Source of the DNA: Phyllobates terribilis
Taxonomy: Eukaryota
Direction of reading: 5' to 3'
Length of the DNA stretch: 64,000 nucleotides
Assembly: GCF_046119375.1 (NCBI RefSeq)
Contig: NW_027362769.1
Coordinates: 360,406,001 to 360,470,000 of the forward strand
Shown here: positions 51,545 through 64,000 of the stretch, piece after piece
How the letters are laid out: each line of letters starts with the position of its first letter
Position numbering within the stretch: the first letter of the stretch is position 1
Program-made: the position numbers and the translations under genes
The notes under the pieces: generated by a model
What the model was told of the DNA's origin: nothing
Database searches by the model: none
What the model saw: the letters and a program-made list of their open reading frames with translations, nothing else

Positions 51545-52180
51545 TAGAGCAACGTGTACAATATATATAGAGCAGTCTGTACAGTATATAGTTCAGTGTG
51601 TACAGTATATAGAACAGTCTGTACAGTATATAGAGCAGTGTGTTCAATATATAGATCAGTGTGTATAGTATATAGAGCAGTGTGTACAGTATATAGATCA
51701 GTGTGTACAGTATATAGAGCAGCCTGTACAGTATATAGAGCAGCCTGTACAATATAAACAGCAGTCTGTACAGTATATAGAGCAGCCTGTACAGTATATA
51801 GAGCAGAGTGTACAGTATATAGAGCAGTGTGTACAGTATATAGAGCAGTCTGTACAGTATATAGTTCAGTGTGTACAGTATATAGAACAGTGTATAGAGC
51901 AGTGTATACAGTGTATAGAGCAGTGTGTACAGTATATAGAGACGTCTGTACAGTCTATAGAGCAGTATGTGCAGTATATAGAACAGTCTTTACAGTATAT
52001 AGTTCAGTGTGTACAGACAGTATATAGAGCAATGTGTACAGTATGTAGAGAGTGTGTACAGTATATAGAGCAGTATATACAGTGTATAGATCAGTGTGTA
52101 CAGTATAAAGAGCAGTATATACAGAATATAGAGCAGTATATACAGTATATAGAGCAGCATTTACAGTATAAAGAGCAGGC
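51545..52180 (+). repeat. 21-bp satellite, right-arm copy (~0.63 kb)
   Basis: Same unit and orientation as 1-1850. Confidence 0.95.
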
Positions 52181-53400
52181 AAATTTTGGCCACACACTAA
52201 TACACGCCCATTTACCGATTTCTTTCTCCCCTGGCAGGAGGAGTTGTCAAAGGGGAGCTGGTAATGAGGGGCATTCAGCAGACGGCCCTCATCCCCATTT
52301 CTGGTATGGCCCACTGATCCCCATTCCTGGTATACATGGCCCCCTCCACCCCAATCGTGGTATGCATGGCCCCCTCCTCATAATCCTGGTATGCATGGCC
52401 CACTCATCCCCATTCATGGCATGCATGGCCCCATCATAACCATCCTGGTATGCATGGCCCCCTCCTCCCCAATCCTGGTATGCATGGCCCCCTCCTCCCC
52501 AATCCTTGTATGCATGGCCCCCTCCTCCCCAATTCTGGTATACATGGCCCCCTTATCCCTAATCCTGGTATGCATAGTCCCCTCCTTCCCATCCTGGTAT
52601 GCATGGCCCCCTCCTCCCCAATCCTGGTATGCTTTACCCCCTCCTCCCTAATCCTGGTGTGCATGGACCCCTCTTCCTCAATTCTGGTATGCATGCCCCC
52701 CTCATCCCCAATCCTGGTATGCATGGCCCCCTCATCCCCAATCCTGGTGTACGTGGCCCTCTCATCCCCATTCCTGGTATGCATGGTCACCTCATCCCCA
52801 ATCCTGGTGTGCATGGCCCCCTAATCCCCTATCCTGGTATGTATGGCCCCACAATCCTAGTGTGCATGGCCCCCCATCACTGCACACATGAAAAAAATAA
52901 ACGTTTCTACGCTCCTTCCTTCCTCCTCTCTGCTCCAGCGCTGTGTCCTGTGTGTCAGTAGCTGATCTCAGTATCTGATCAGCGCATGACATCACTGCCA
53001 TGCTCTATTAGATGCCAAGGTGAGTTGCGGGGATATTCACTCCTCTCCACGCTGGGACTATGGGCGTGGACAGGAGTGAATAGTCACTCTCCTTAATAGT
53101 GCGCACTTTCAGCACGAGCGCAGCTCCTGCTGCGACTCCGCGATCCTCTGTGACCGCTACTAAAGAGAATGAATATTCACTCCTCTCCACTCCAATGGGC
53201 ATGGAGAAGAGTGAATATTCATTATGTTTAGCAGGGGGCACACGTGGTAGTTGTGGCTGCTGTCTACTACCTGTGCCCGCTGCTCCACCACCGCAACACC
53301 ACCCTCCACAGCCGGGAGAACAGCTGAGCCGTGACGGGATGCGGTACTGAGCCCTCAAAGCGGGACAGTCCCGCCGAAAACAGGACGGTTGGGAGCTATG
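52181..53400. mobile_element. Mirror of the CATA-type hAT fragment with its 30-bp array (~52300-52875)
   Basis: Ends GTTGGGAGCTATG at 53400; reverse complement of 35876-37158. Confidence 0.55.
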
Positions 53401-55400
53401 TGTACAGTATATATCTGTCAACATACAGTTGAACACACACAAACACAAAGTAACTGTAGGGGTTGCTCAGGCACCTCCTTATTGGGGAGAGTGCCTTTTA
53501 TACAAGATGCCTCCGAACTGTTGGCTGGGGGAATCTTTGCAGGTGCGCACGCTGCCCCTTTAAGAGCATGGGAACAGTGTAGTGTGCTCAGGAGAAGTGG
53601 GGAGAGGAGCGTGAGGATGCTACCATGACCAGGGTAGTGAGTTTGTCAGTGTCCCTCATGAAGAGTGCAGGGGAACTATGTGAGGGCGCCCGCAATGGAT
53701 AGTACAACCTTCTTGTAGTAATGCCCCATCCTGGTCACCTTCTTGCAATAATGTGCTCATCCTTGCTTGCTGCGAGTGGCCGCTTATATCGGACGAGAGT
53801 CAGCAATGCAAAGCAATGGGTGCGAGAAAAAAATCGTCACACAGACCATGAGTGTATATGCACAGTGTGACCCGTCAGAATAGAATAGATAGAATAGATA
53901 TATGCATAGAATAGGTAGAAAGATGTCAGTGAGATATATAATTAGCGCAGTACGTGTGTAGCTTACCGTACATGTATTTACATAGTAAAGAAAGAAAAAA
54001 TGGCGTGGTGTCCCCCTCATTTTTCTTAATCAGCTTAGGGAAAGCAGACAGCTGGGGTCTGGTGTTATTATGCCGGGATGGGGTCACTATCCATGGATCT
54101 TCCCAGCCTATTAATAACAGCTCACTACTGATGGGGTAGGACTAAAATGCTCGGCTGCTTGCTGCTCGGGTCTAGCACATTGGAATACTCGGGTGCTCGA
54201 CCCGAGCAACGAGCACAATGTAAGTCTATGGGAAACTCAAGCATTTTTCAGGCGGCTCCCCCCGGCAGTCTACAGAGGGCCTAACAATTGCCCACATCGA
54301 TGGGAACAGTGTTCAAATGGTATGGGAACAGCATTTCGGACTCCCAGGTCACTGCTGTCAACAACGTTGTCAGAGGTATTACGCAACTTTTACGGACTCA
54401 CAATAAAACATACAAAAACTAAACCAAAATGGATTTTCCTGGGAAATATGTTAAGGAACATCCTTTCCAGGGTAATGACTTGTATACAAGGCAAAATAAA
54501 TAACCAAAACCAAAAATACTTCTCCACACCTTGGGCTATGATCACACGTAGCGTTTTTCATGTGTTTTTGCACTTTTGCATTGCTTTCAACCATGACAAA
54601 TGCATTCATCGGGAAATGTCATTTTAACATTTTACAACCTTATCTGGCCATGTGGTGTGTGAGACATGATCAGACACATCCTGTTTCATTTATGAAGGAG
54701 GGGGACTCTGAAAGTCATAAAGCCTATTTTTATAGGGCCATCAGTGGACCTTTACTATTCTTAAAGGGCCAGCAGTCGGCCCTCACTATTCTTAGAGAGC
54801 CATCAGCCGGCTATGCTTTGCTGTTCCCATTTCTAAAGAGTGGGTCTCCTAAACTGTTATTGCATATGCAGTGAGTGGCAGGGCTGCCCAAAATGTGGAC
54901 GCACCCCAATACCCCATTGAAAATTTGGACGCACCCCAATACCCCTTTGAAGAGACTTAGAGGAGGGCCTCCTGAAAACAATATTCCCATTATTAGGAAG
55001 TGGGTCTCCCATACTGTTTGCCTATGCAGTGAAAGCAAGGGCTGCCAAAAATTTGGACCTACTCCAATGCCCCTTGGTAGAGATGTAGAGGAGGGCCTCC
55101 TGAAAACAATGTTCCCATTATTAGGAAGTGGGTCTCCCATTGTGTTTGCCTATGCAGTAAATGCAAGCGTTTCCAAAAATTTGGAGGAACTCCAATGCCC
55201 TTGGAAGGAGACGTGGAGGAGGGCCTCATAAAAAAAAATGTTCCCATTAGAAAGGAGCTAGTCTCTTATACTTGTAATGCCCATGAACTAAGTGTATGGG
55301 CTGACAAACATTTACCCCTGGGGGGTAAACATGAACATACTGTATAAATTTTTTTTACAGGCATCATAAACACCCTTTAACAAAAATTATGTGGGTGTTT

Positions 55401-56574
55401 TGTGATGCTCACAGCCCTCACCCTGGGAAGTGGGATTACTCGGAGCCGGGTCAGATGTTGGGGGGGATGCAGTCGTGGCCTAGTCCCGTTCCGTGCCCAG
55501 GGCGGTCACATAAAAGATGTAATGGTCTTTCAGGGTTGAGTGGTATTTAAACTACGCCACCTACGGTTTCCAGTGATGGACACCAGCGCTGTTTCAGTCC
55601 ACTGAGGCCGGTGTTACAGACAGCTAAGATGGGACGGCTCCCCGCAGGCGGAGCGAGCCTCAGGGCAGTGTGAGGAAGGAATGGTGGGTGCAGTGCCGCG
55701 CAGTAAATAACAGGCTGAAGCGGGGTGTGAAGTCATCCAGGGTTTTTACTCACATTAAGATGAACTTTAGCCGCAAAGTTTCCCTCTGCTCCTCGCGGCA
55801 TGCTGCGGCCACCAGGAAGGGGGTCCAGCACTTTCCAGATAGATCAAGAGCACCTGTCAAGACCCCGTTGGTGTGTTCCTCTCCTTCTCCCTCACTTTCT
55901 CCTACTCCTCCCGCTTGTGTCCCCCTCCGGGATCCACTAAGCAGCCAGGATTTTCCAAAAGTGACGTGAAGTACACAGTCAGATATCGGGGGCCGGTCAC
56001 CCCTCTTGCAGCAGGAGTCCCTCTGACTAGGCCAGAATGAAGGTAGCAGGTGGCGTATGCCGCTCCGCCCACATCCCCCTGGGATCCTTTTGCCTGTGGA
56101 GCTTGTCTCCTCCGCTCCCCTCCAGGCCTTCTTAAGTAGGGACATTGACCGGGTAGAGACAGCGGTTAACTCTAGCCCGCTCCTCGTCTCAAGGCCAGAG
56201 CATGAGGACCGTGTATCTCCAATCAGCTGCAGGTTCTAACAGAAAGCCACGTTCAGTGATGAAGATCACAATCAAAGACCTTGAACTTAAGATCGCTGAA
56301 GATTATATATGATGCCATTAGGGCATCCTAAAAGTGTGTCCTCCACCCTCACCCACTACATGGTTTCCCCCTATCTTTGGTACCCCTCATCTCCTCTATC
56401 CCGGCTGGGTCAGCACCCTGGTGCCTTAAAGCCCCCCTCAGGATAGGAGTGGTGTAGTGTTGAATGGTGAAGTAGGGTCCTGAGAAGTGCTCCATCCTTA
56501 CCTGGAAGAGGAGATGCCACACCTCTACTGAGGTGCAGTACCCCTGTGGCGACTGAACCCTCAGGGGCGCAATA
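55401..56574 (-). mobile_element. Solo LTR, mirror of 32703-33875
   Basis: Mirrored ORFs (33131/55750; 33037/56057). Confidence 0.78.
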
Positions 56575-56742
56575 GTTGCATAACGGACCACGGTCACCCT
56601 GGTGATATGGTGGTGAAGGATGAGGATGAGGAGAAGGAGGAGGACAAGAGCAAATAGCCAAAATCAGGAAGCATATACCCATGTGTGGGTGTGAAAAGGT
56701 GCATGGGAATACAATTCCCAAAAAAGACACTGGATTTTAGTT

Positions 56743-58755
56743 TATGTTACGCTGCTATCATCTGGTGTTGTTGAGAAGTCGGGCCCAATCCAGCCCATGT
56801 TCATTTCTATAAGAGTCAGCATGTCAACATTTTCAGTTTCGGTTATAATTCCACCGGCGGCACTAAAAACCGGCTAAGACAAAGCAGCAGCATTTTAAGT
56901 TAACAGGCGGATGCACTTATCAGTTATAATTCCACCAGCGGCACTAAAAACCCGCTCTGATAAAACGCTAGCGGCAAGGTAGCCCAGGACCTCAAAGGCA
57001 TAGAGAGCCAGTTCATTCCACGTATCCAGCTTGAATACCCAATAATTATAAGGCACAGAGGAATCACGGAGGACGTTGGTACGGTTGGCAAGGTACTCCC
57101 TCAGCATCTGGCCAAACTTTGCACTCCTTGTGAGAGTACCCCACGCCTCAGGGCCTGTGAGATGAGAGGGGCTGTGAAAATTCTCTCAGAACTTTGACAG
57201 TGTTCCCTGGCCTCTGCTGGATTGAAGTTGTGTCTCTCTCGCCTGTATTCCTTGGTTGTCCAACAAACTGTGACCTCTGCCGCCAGCGGTTTCAGATGGG
57301 AATTTTTGAAATAGCTCCGCAACAAGGGCCTTCTGGTACAGCCCCATTTTAGTAGACCTGTCCGCGTCAGGAATAAGAGATATAAAGTTCTCCTTGTAGC
57401 GTGGGTCTAGCAGTGTCACCAACCAGTAATGACTGTCACCCAAATTTTTGAGAACCTGAGGGTCACGGGAAAGGCAGCGTAACATAAACTCAGCCATGTG
57501 TGCCATACTGATAACAGGCAAGACTTCCATGTCCTCTCCAAGACGACAACTGACCAAGCTATCCTCCTCCTCCTCTCTGTCCTCAGGCCATCCACGCTGA
57601 ACAGACGGTATGACAGTTGTGTTGGTAGTACCATCTATAGTGCATAAAACTAGCTCCAGTTCTACCTCCTCCTCCTCCTCTCCCTCATTGTCACCCAATC
57701 CACGTTGGGATGAGATGAGGCTGGGCTGTGTATAATCACCCTATATGGTTCCTTGATCCATCTCATCGTGCTCCGCCTGCAATGCATCCTCTCTGATTGT
57801 GAGAGAAGACAGAAAGCGGGATGGTGACGGTAATTATGGCGTCATCGCCGCTCAACACCTTGGTGGAGTCCTCAAAGTTTTGGAAGACGGTACATATGTC
57901 TGACATCCGTGTCCACTCCTGAGGTCTTATGTGTGGAGTCTGAACTTCATACCGACGGCCTTGATGATGCTGGTACTCAAAAAATGCCCTGTTCTGCTCA
58001 CAAATCCTTCCCAACATCTGCAGTGTAGAGTTCCAATGCGTGGGGACATCACACACCATTCTGTGAGCCAGAAGTTGCAAACACTGCTGAAGCACGGCAA
58101 GGGCGGTGGAAGCTGTAGGTGACTTTCTAAAATGGATACACAGGTGGCATACTTTAGCAAGCAGATCCGGCAGCTCCAGGTAGGATTTGAGAAACTGCTG
58201 AACCGCGAGGTTAAGCACATGGGCCAGGCAGGATATGTGTGTGAGCCGTCACTAGGTTCCGGCCAATTTCATACACGACCATGCCTGGCTGTAGGATCAG
58301 CGGTGTGAGCCACTGATCTGCCTGCTTTTCAGAGCTGTAAGCAACTCTTCAGCATTGTGCGGTTTGTCACCTAAGCATATTGGCTTCAGCACAGCCTGTT
58401 GCCGCTTGGCCGAGGCAGTGCTGCAGTGCTTCAGTGCTTGTGACTGATGTGGTCATTTCGAAGATGGAGGATGAAGAGGAGGAGGAGGCTGAGGAGGATG
58501 AGGTGCAGGAGCTGTAGACTGTGGGGACAACTCTGATTGACTTAGGGCCCGCAATCCTTGGCGTTGGAAGGACGTGTTCTGTTCGAAGGTCCGACTGGGT
58601 CACGACTTCCACTATGTTAACTCAGTGTGCCGTCAGCGAGATGTACCGTCCCTGCCCACAAGCACTTGTCCACGTGTCCGTGGTTAGGTGGACTTTCCCG
58701 GTAACTACGTTGTTTAGGGCCCGGCTAATATTTTGGGACACGTGCTTGTGTAATG
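56743..58755 (-). pseudogene. hAT transposase pseudogene, mirror of 30523-32535
   Basis: ORFs 56895-57107, 57186-57698 and 57763-58218. Confidence 0.9.
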
Positions 58756-60825
58756 TCCCACATTTCGCGACTGCTTGAGCTAGAAATGTTGTCTTTTAGG
58801 CTGGTTGAGACGGAAGCATTCTTCAACCTGATGGCGGCGGCCGTTCCTCGGTACTCGGTCTCCATTCGCCACTATTTCTCCTGGTGTGCCGTCCCCGCAT
58901 TACACAAGCACGTGTCCCAAAACATTAGCCGTGCCCTCAACAACGCAGTTACCAGGAAAGTCCACCTAACCACGGAATCGTGGACAAGGGCATGTGGGCA
59001 GGGACGGTACATCTCGCTGACAGCACACTGGGTTTACATAGTGGAAGCCGGGACCCAGTCAGACCTTGGGACGGAACAAGTCCTCCCGACGCCAAGGATC
59101 GCGGGTCCTAGATTATTCAGGGTTGCCCCCACAGTCTACAGCTAATGCACCTCAGCCTCCATCTCCGAAATTACCACATCAGTCACAATCACAACCTGGA
59201 AGCACTGCAGCACTGCCTCGGCCAAGCGGTAACAGGCTGTGTTGAAGCTAATATGCTTAGGTGACAAAACACACAATTCTGAAGAGTTGGGGACAGCTCT
59301 GAAAGAGCAGGCAGTTCTGTAGCTCACATCGCTGTACCTACAGCCAGGCATGGTCGTTTGTGAAGATTGGCAGAACCTGGTGGCGGATCTGAGGAGAGGC
59401 GAACTCACACACGTACCATGCCTGGCCCATGTGCTTAACCTCGTGGTTCAGCGGTTTCTCAAATCCTACCCTGAGCAACCTGATCTCCTTGTCAAAGTAT
59501 GCTGCCTGTGTTCCCATTTTAGAAAGTCAGCTACATCTTCCGCCACCCTTGCCGTGCTTCAGCAGGATTTGCAGCTTCCGGCTCACAGACTGGTGTGTGA
59601 TGTCCCCACGCGTTGTAACTCTACACTGCAGATGTTGGGAAGGATTTGTGAGCAGAAGAGTGCAGTTGTTGAGTACCAGCATCAACAAGGCCGTCGGTAT
59701 TCAGTACAGACTCCACACATAAGACCTCAGGAGTGGACATGGATGTCAGACATATGTACAATTCTCCAAAACTTTGAGGACGCCACCAAGATGGTGAGCG
59801 GCGATGACGCCATAATTGGCATCACCATCCCGCTGCTCTGTCTTCTGAAGCGCTCTCTGCTCACAATCAAAGAGGATGCATTGCAGGCAGAGCACGATGA
59901 GATGGAGCAAGGAACCATAAAGGGTGATTACACACAGCCAAGCCTCATCTCATCCCAACATGGATTGGGTGACAATGAGGAAGAGGAGGAGGAGGAAGGA
60001 CAGGAGCTAGTTTCATGCACTTGACGGTACTACCTGCACAGCTGTAATACCGTCTGTTCAGCGTGGATGGCCAGAGGACAGAGAGGAGGAGGAGGAGGAG
60101 GAGAGCATGGTCAGTCATCCTCTTGGTGAGGACATGGAAGTCTTGCCTGTTAGTAGTCTGGCACACATGACAGAGTTTCTGTTATGCTGCCTTTCCCATG
60201 ACCCTCGCGTTCTCAAAATTTTGGGTGACAGTCATTACTGGTTGGTGACACTTCTAGACCCACGCTAAAAGGAGAACTTTATATCTCTTATTCCTGAGGC
60301 GGACAGGACTACAAAAATGGGGCAGTACCAGAAGGCACTTGTTGCGGAACTATTAAAAAAATTTCGCTGGACAACGAAGGAGTACAGGCGAGAGAGACAC
60401 AACTCCAATCCAGCAGAGGCCAGGGAACACTGTCAAAATTCTCGGAGAGTTTTCTCAGACCCTCCCATCGCACAGGCCCTGAGGTGCGGAGTACTCTCAC
60501 AAGGACTGCAAAGTTTGGCAAGATGCTGAGGGAGTACCTTGCCGACCGTACCAACGTCCTCCATGATTCCGCTGTGCCTTATAATTATTGGGTATCCAAG
60601 CTGGATACGTGGAATGAACTGGCTCTCTATGCCTTGGAGGTCCTGGCCTGCCCTGCCGCCAGCATTTTATCAGAGTGGGTTTTTAGTGCCGCTGGTGGAA
60701 TTATAACTGATAAGTGCATCCGCCTGTCAACTGAAAATGCTGACATGTTGACTCTTATAAAAATAAACAAGGGATGGATTGGGCAAGACTACTCTACACC
60801 ACCGAATGATAGCAGTGTAAAATAA
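58753..60825 (+). pseudogene. hAT transposase pseudogene, mirror of 28453-30525
   Basis: ORFs 58753-59145, 59350-60024 and 60484-60825. Confidence 0.9.
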
Positions 60826-62806
60826 ACTCAAATCCAGTGTCTTTTCTTGGGAGGTGTATTCCCATGCACCTTTTCCCACACATTGGTATACGCTTCCTGA
60901 TTTTGGCTATTTGCTCTTGTCCTTCTCTTCATCCTCATCCTCCACCACCATATCACCAGGGTGACCGTGGTCCGTGATGCATCACCCACATAATTTTTTT
61001 AAAGTGTGTTTATGATGCCCGTAAAAAAAAAAAAAAGTATACAGTATGTTCACGTGTACCCCCCAGGGGTAAATGTTTGTCAGCTCATACACTTAGTGCA
61101 TGGGCATTATAAGTATAGGAGGCCCACTTCATTTTAAAGGGAACATTTTTTTTATGAGGCCCTCCTCCACGTCTCTTCCAAGGGGCATTGAAGTGCCTCC
61201 AAATTTTTGGCAGCCCTTGCATTCACTGCATAGGCCAACACTATGGGAGACTCTCTCCTTTCTAATGAGAATTTGTCATTACTGTGGCCCTGCTCTATGT
61301 GTCTTTAAATTCTTAGTGGGTTTTTTCTTAAAATTGGTCAGCCGTTGGACTCACTGCATACCCTATAACTGTATAGCACACCCTCTCCTTTCTTATGGAT
61401 ACATGTCGTACCTTGTTACTGTGGCCCTGCTCTATGTGTCTTTAAATTCTTAGTGGGGTTTATCCTAAAATTGGTCAGCCATTGGACTCACTGCATAACC
61501 TATAACTGTATAGCAGACTCTCTCCTTTCTAAATGGAATGTGTCGTTACTGTGGCCCTGTTCTATGTGTCTTTAAATTCTTAGAGGGTTTTTTCCCAAAT
61601 TTTGGCAGCCCTTGCAGTCAGAGCATGGGCATTACCACTATAGGAGACCCGCTCCTTTATAATGGGAACATTTTTTTACTGAGACCCTCCTCTATGTCTC
61701 TTCAAAGGGGTATTGGATTGCGTCCAAATTTTTGGCAGCCCTTGCAGTCACTGGATACGCAATAACAGTATAGGAGACCCACTTGGTAATAATGGGAACA
61801 ACAACGCATAGCCACCTGACGGCTCTCTAACAATAGCGAGGGCCAACTGTTGGCCTTTTAAGAATAGTAAGGGCGGTCTGATGTCCCTATAAAAATAGGC
61901 TTTATGACTTTCGGAGTCCCTCCATCATAAATAAAACAGTATGTTTCTGATGATGTGTCACACACCACATTGCCAGATAAGGTTGTAAAATGTTAAAATG
62001 ACATTTCTCAGTGAATGCATTTGTCTTAAAAAATAGCGTAAAAAAACAAAACAATAGGATCTTTCTTTAGTATAAAAAACAGCATCACCAATTTAACCTC
62101 AATGTAATCACAATGCTCAGCTCCTGCACCTCTTCCTCCATCTCCGAAATGACCACATCAGTCACAAGCTGACAGCACTGCAGCACTGCCTTGGCAAAGC
62201 GGCAACAGGCTGTGCTGAAGATAACATGCTTAATGCTTAATTGACAAACCGCCCAGCGATGCAGAGTTGTTGAAAGCTGTAACACAGCAGCCTGATCTGT
62301 GGCTCTCACCGCTGAAAATACAGCCAGGCATGGTCATGTGTGACAATGGGCGGAACCTGGTGACGGAGAAATGACAGCCGGGGTAGATACGGATTCCCTC
62401 TATGCCAGTACTTTCACCAAGCTAAATACAATTCTCAGCAAAAAAAGATGTGGACTGTCTCTGTACCGTTCCTGGCCACATTCACCTGTCCACGTGTTTG
62501 TCGGTAGGCAGTCCTTACCAGTAAGTGCACTGGGGAGGGCACGGGTAACGTTGTGGGACCCGTGCTTGTGGAAGGCGGAGACGATACCGGGAGAAATAGT
62601 GGTGGCTGGGGACCAAGCATGGACACCCAGCTGCCGCCGGCATGAGGTTATGAAAAGCATCCGCCTCCACGAGCCTAAAAGGCCACATTTCAAGTGCAAG
62701 CAGCTGTCAAAAATTTGGCAGTATAGTATTGCAGCCTGTAGGTGGGTGGGTGGGTGGCTGGCTGCATACTTGTGCTTGCATTCCAAGGAATGGGGTAGGG
62801 ACAACT

Positions 62807-63816
62807 TGACTCGCCCCATGGGCCGTGGGGCACTCGGGACCGGGCTTCAGGGCAATGCTGGGAGTAGCAGTGGCGACCCAGTCCCGTGGCTCAGGGTGGT
62901 CAGACCAGTGGCAGTCCTTTTATATGTTTTAGGTAATGTCCGACTACGCCACCCGTGGATTGAGGTCAGGGAGGACCGCCGCTGCAAGGCAGACCGCTGA
63001 GGCTGGTGTTGGGGATGCAGCAGGGAATAGTACAACTCCCCACGGGAGGAGTGTAGCCTCAGGGCAGTATAATAGGATCCTGGGGGTGATGGTGCAGGCG
63101 CAGCAGTAACCACACAGAGTCCAATAATGCAGTCCAGGGTCTTTTACTGATCTTATCACAGACCAACCAGGAGTACAGTGTAGGAATGGACCTGGGTGTC
63201 TGAGGGCATTCGGGCGAGCTCCACTGGTCAGGGAGAGTGGGTAGGCCTACCGTTCTCTCTCTGCCCTTGCTGACTATCTCCCCCTTTAGTGGTATGATAG
63301 CCCACGTCCCTGAGCTTGCCGTGTACTACGCCTGTATGGCTTGCGACTCGGGCCTTAGGTACCTGTAGCTTCTCCGTGCTGTACCGGTGCCTCTGTGTGG
63401 TGGAGCCTCCAGGCTTCTTGGCCAAGGGACCTGAAATCCCTTGCGGGTTGGTTATCTGCTGCAGGGCTTGCAACCCTGACAGCCTCGGACCCCAGTGTCC
63501 GGTTGTGTAGTCTCTCTCTGCCAGCACCGGCTCTCATCGCCTCTGTCCCTGGCTTTCTGTTCCTCCTTTGCCTCCTGGACTCCTCCGCTGCGGCTGACCT
63601 GTCCCTCTCTTCTGGGGAACCCTTCTGGATGCTTCAGAAGTGGGTCCTGGTCTCCCTAACCCTGCCCTCAGTATCAGTTTTTATAGGGGCAGCCTGCTCC
63701 CCCTTCTGGCCTGGGACAGGAGGTGCTGCATGCAAATGGTCCATGACAAGAAAACCTCCCTCCTGCTCTCAGACATAGCCTTACAAGTTTGTGGCATCCA
63801 GGCCTGGGGTGACACA
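62807..63816 (-). mobile_element. Solo LTR, mirror of 25477-26486
   Basis: TGACTC...GACACA flanked by AACT on both sides. Confidence 0.82.
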
Positions 63817-64000
63817 AACTGAACGCTGCACTTGGACAAGGACATGGACGGTGATTGTTGCAAGTCTGCAACGACAGGTTCATGGCGGGAGGCATCTTAT
63901 CACTTATGATGGGCACACTTTTAGGCAGTGACCTGGGAGTCAGAAATGGTTCCAAAGGTCTTCCCCATGCTGTTCCCATGTCTTTTCAGCACTGTATGCA

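Larger units (their letters stand above)
49180..64000 (-). repeat. Right arm of the giant inverted duplication (continues past the window end)
   Basis: TTCTCCAATTCTCACATCGAA at 49180 mirrors 42257-42277, and the window end mirrors 25293. Confidence 0.97.
54126..64000. mobile_element. Mirror copy of the fold-back hAT composite
   Basis: Reverse complement of 25293-35151. Confidence 0.75.

Overview
Eukaryotic, repeat-dense vertebrate DNA. The histone sequences and repeat families suggest an anuran amphibian (inference). It contains a replication-dependent histone gene cluster embedded in transposon debris. The intact histone genes are H1 (+, 39916-40530), H4 (-, 46089-46400), H3.2 (-, 48391-48801) and a second H1 (-, 50053-50709), each with a canonical 3' stem-loop. 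A divergent H2A/H2B pair (22908-23976) is frameshifted in both genes. The left third holds a full-length but dead chromodomain Ty3/Gypsy element (3515-14980, TSD AGTGA) with nested TTAA-type elements, a solo LTR, a MITE and a hammerhead-ribozyme-bearing insert inside telomere-like repeats. It also holds a fragmented L2 LINE split by a hAT element. The right 60% is a giant inverted duplication: the left arm spans at least 25293-42277 and the right arm 49180-64000 and beyond, about 97-99% identical by eye. Its 6.9-kb spacer carries H4 and H3, and each arm contains an H1 gene and an older fold-back hAT. Most notable observations: (1) a 37-bp tandem array (~39 and 15 copies) built from the H1 pre-mRNA 3' processing signal, with a U7-complementary HDE-like motif in each unit; (2) the palindromic histone locus, whose inner breakpoint falls exactly on a hAT terminus lacking a TSD, suggesting alternative transposition; (3) a minimal type I hammerhead ribozyme at 9009-9044. 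Coordinates of TE fragments are approximate and identities are visual estimates; no searches were run.
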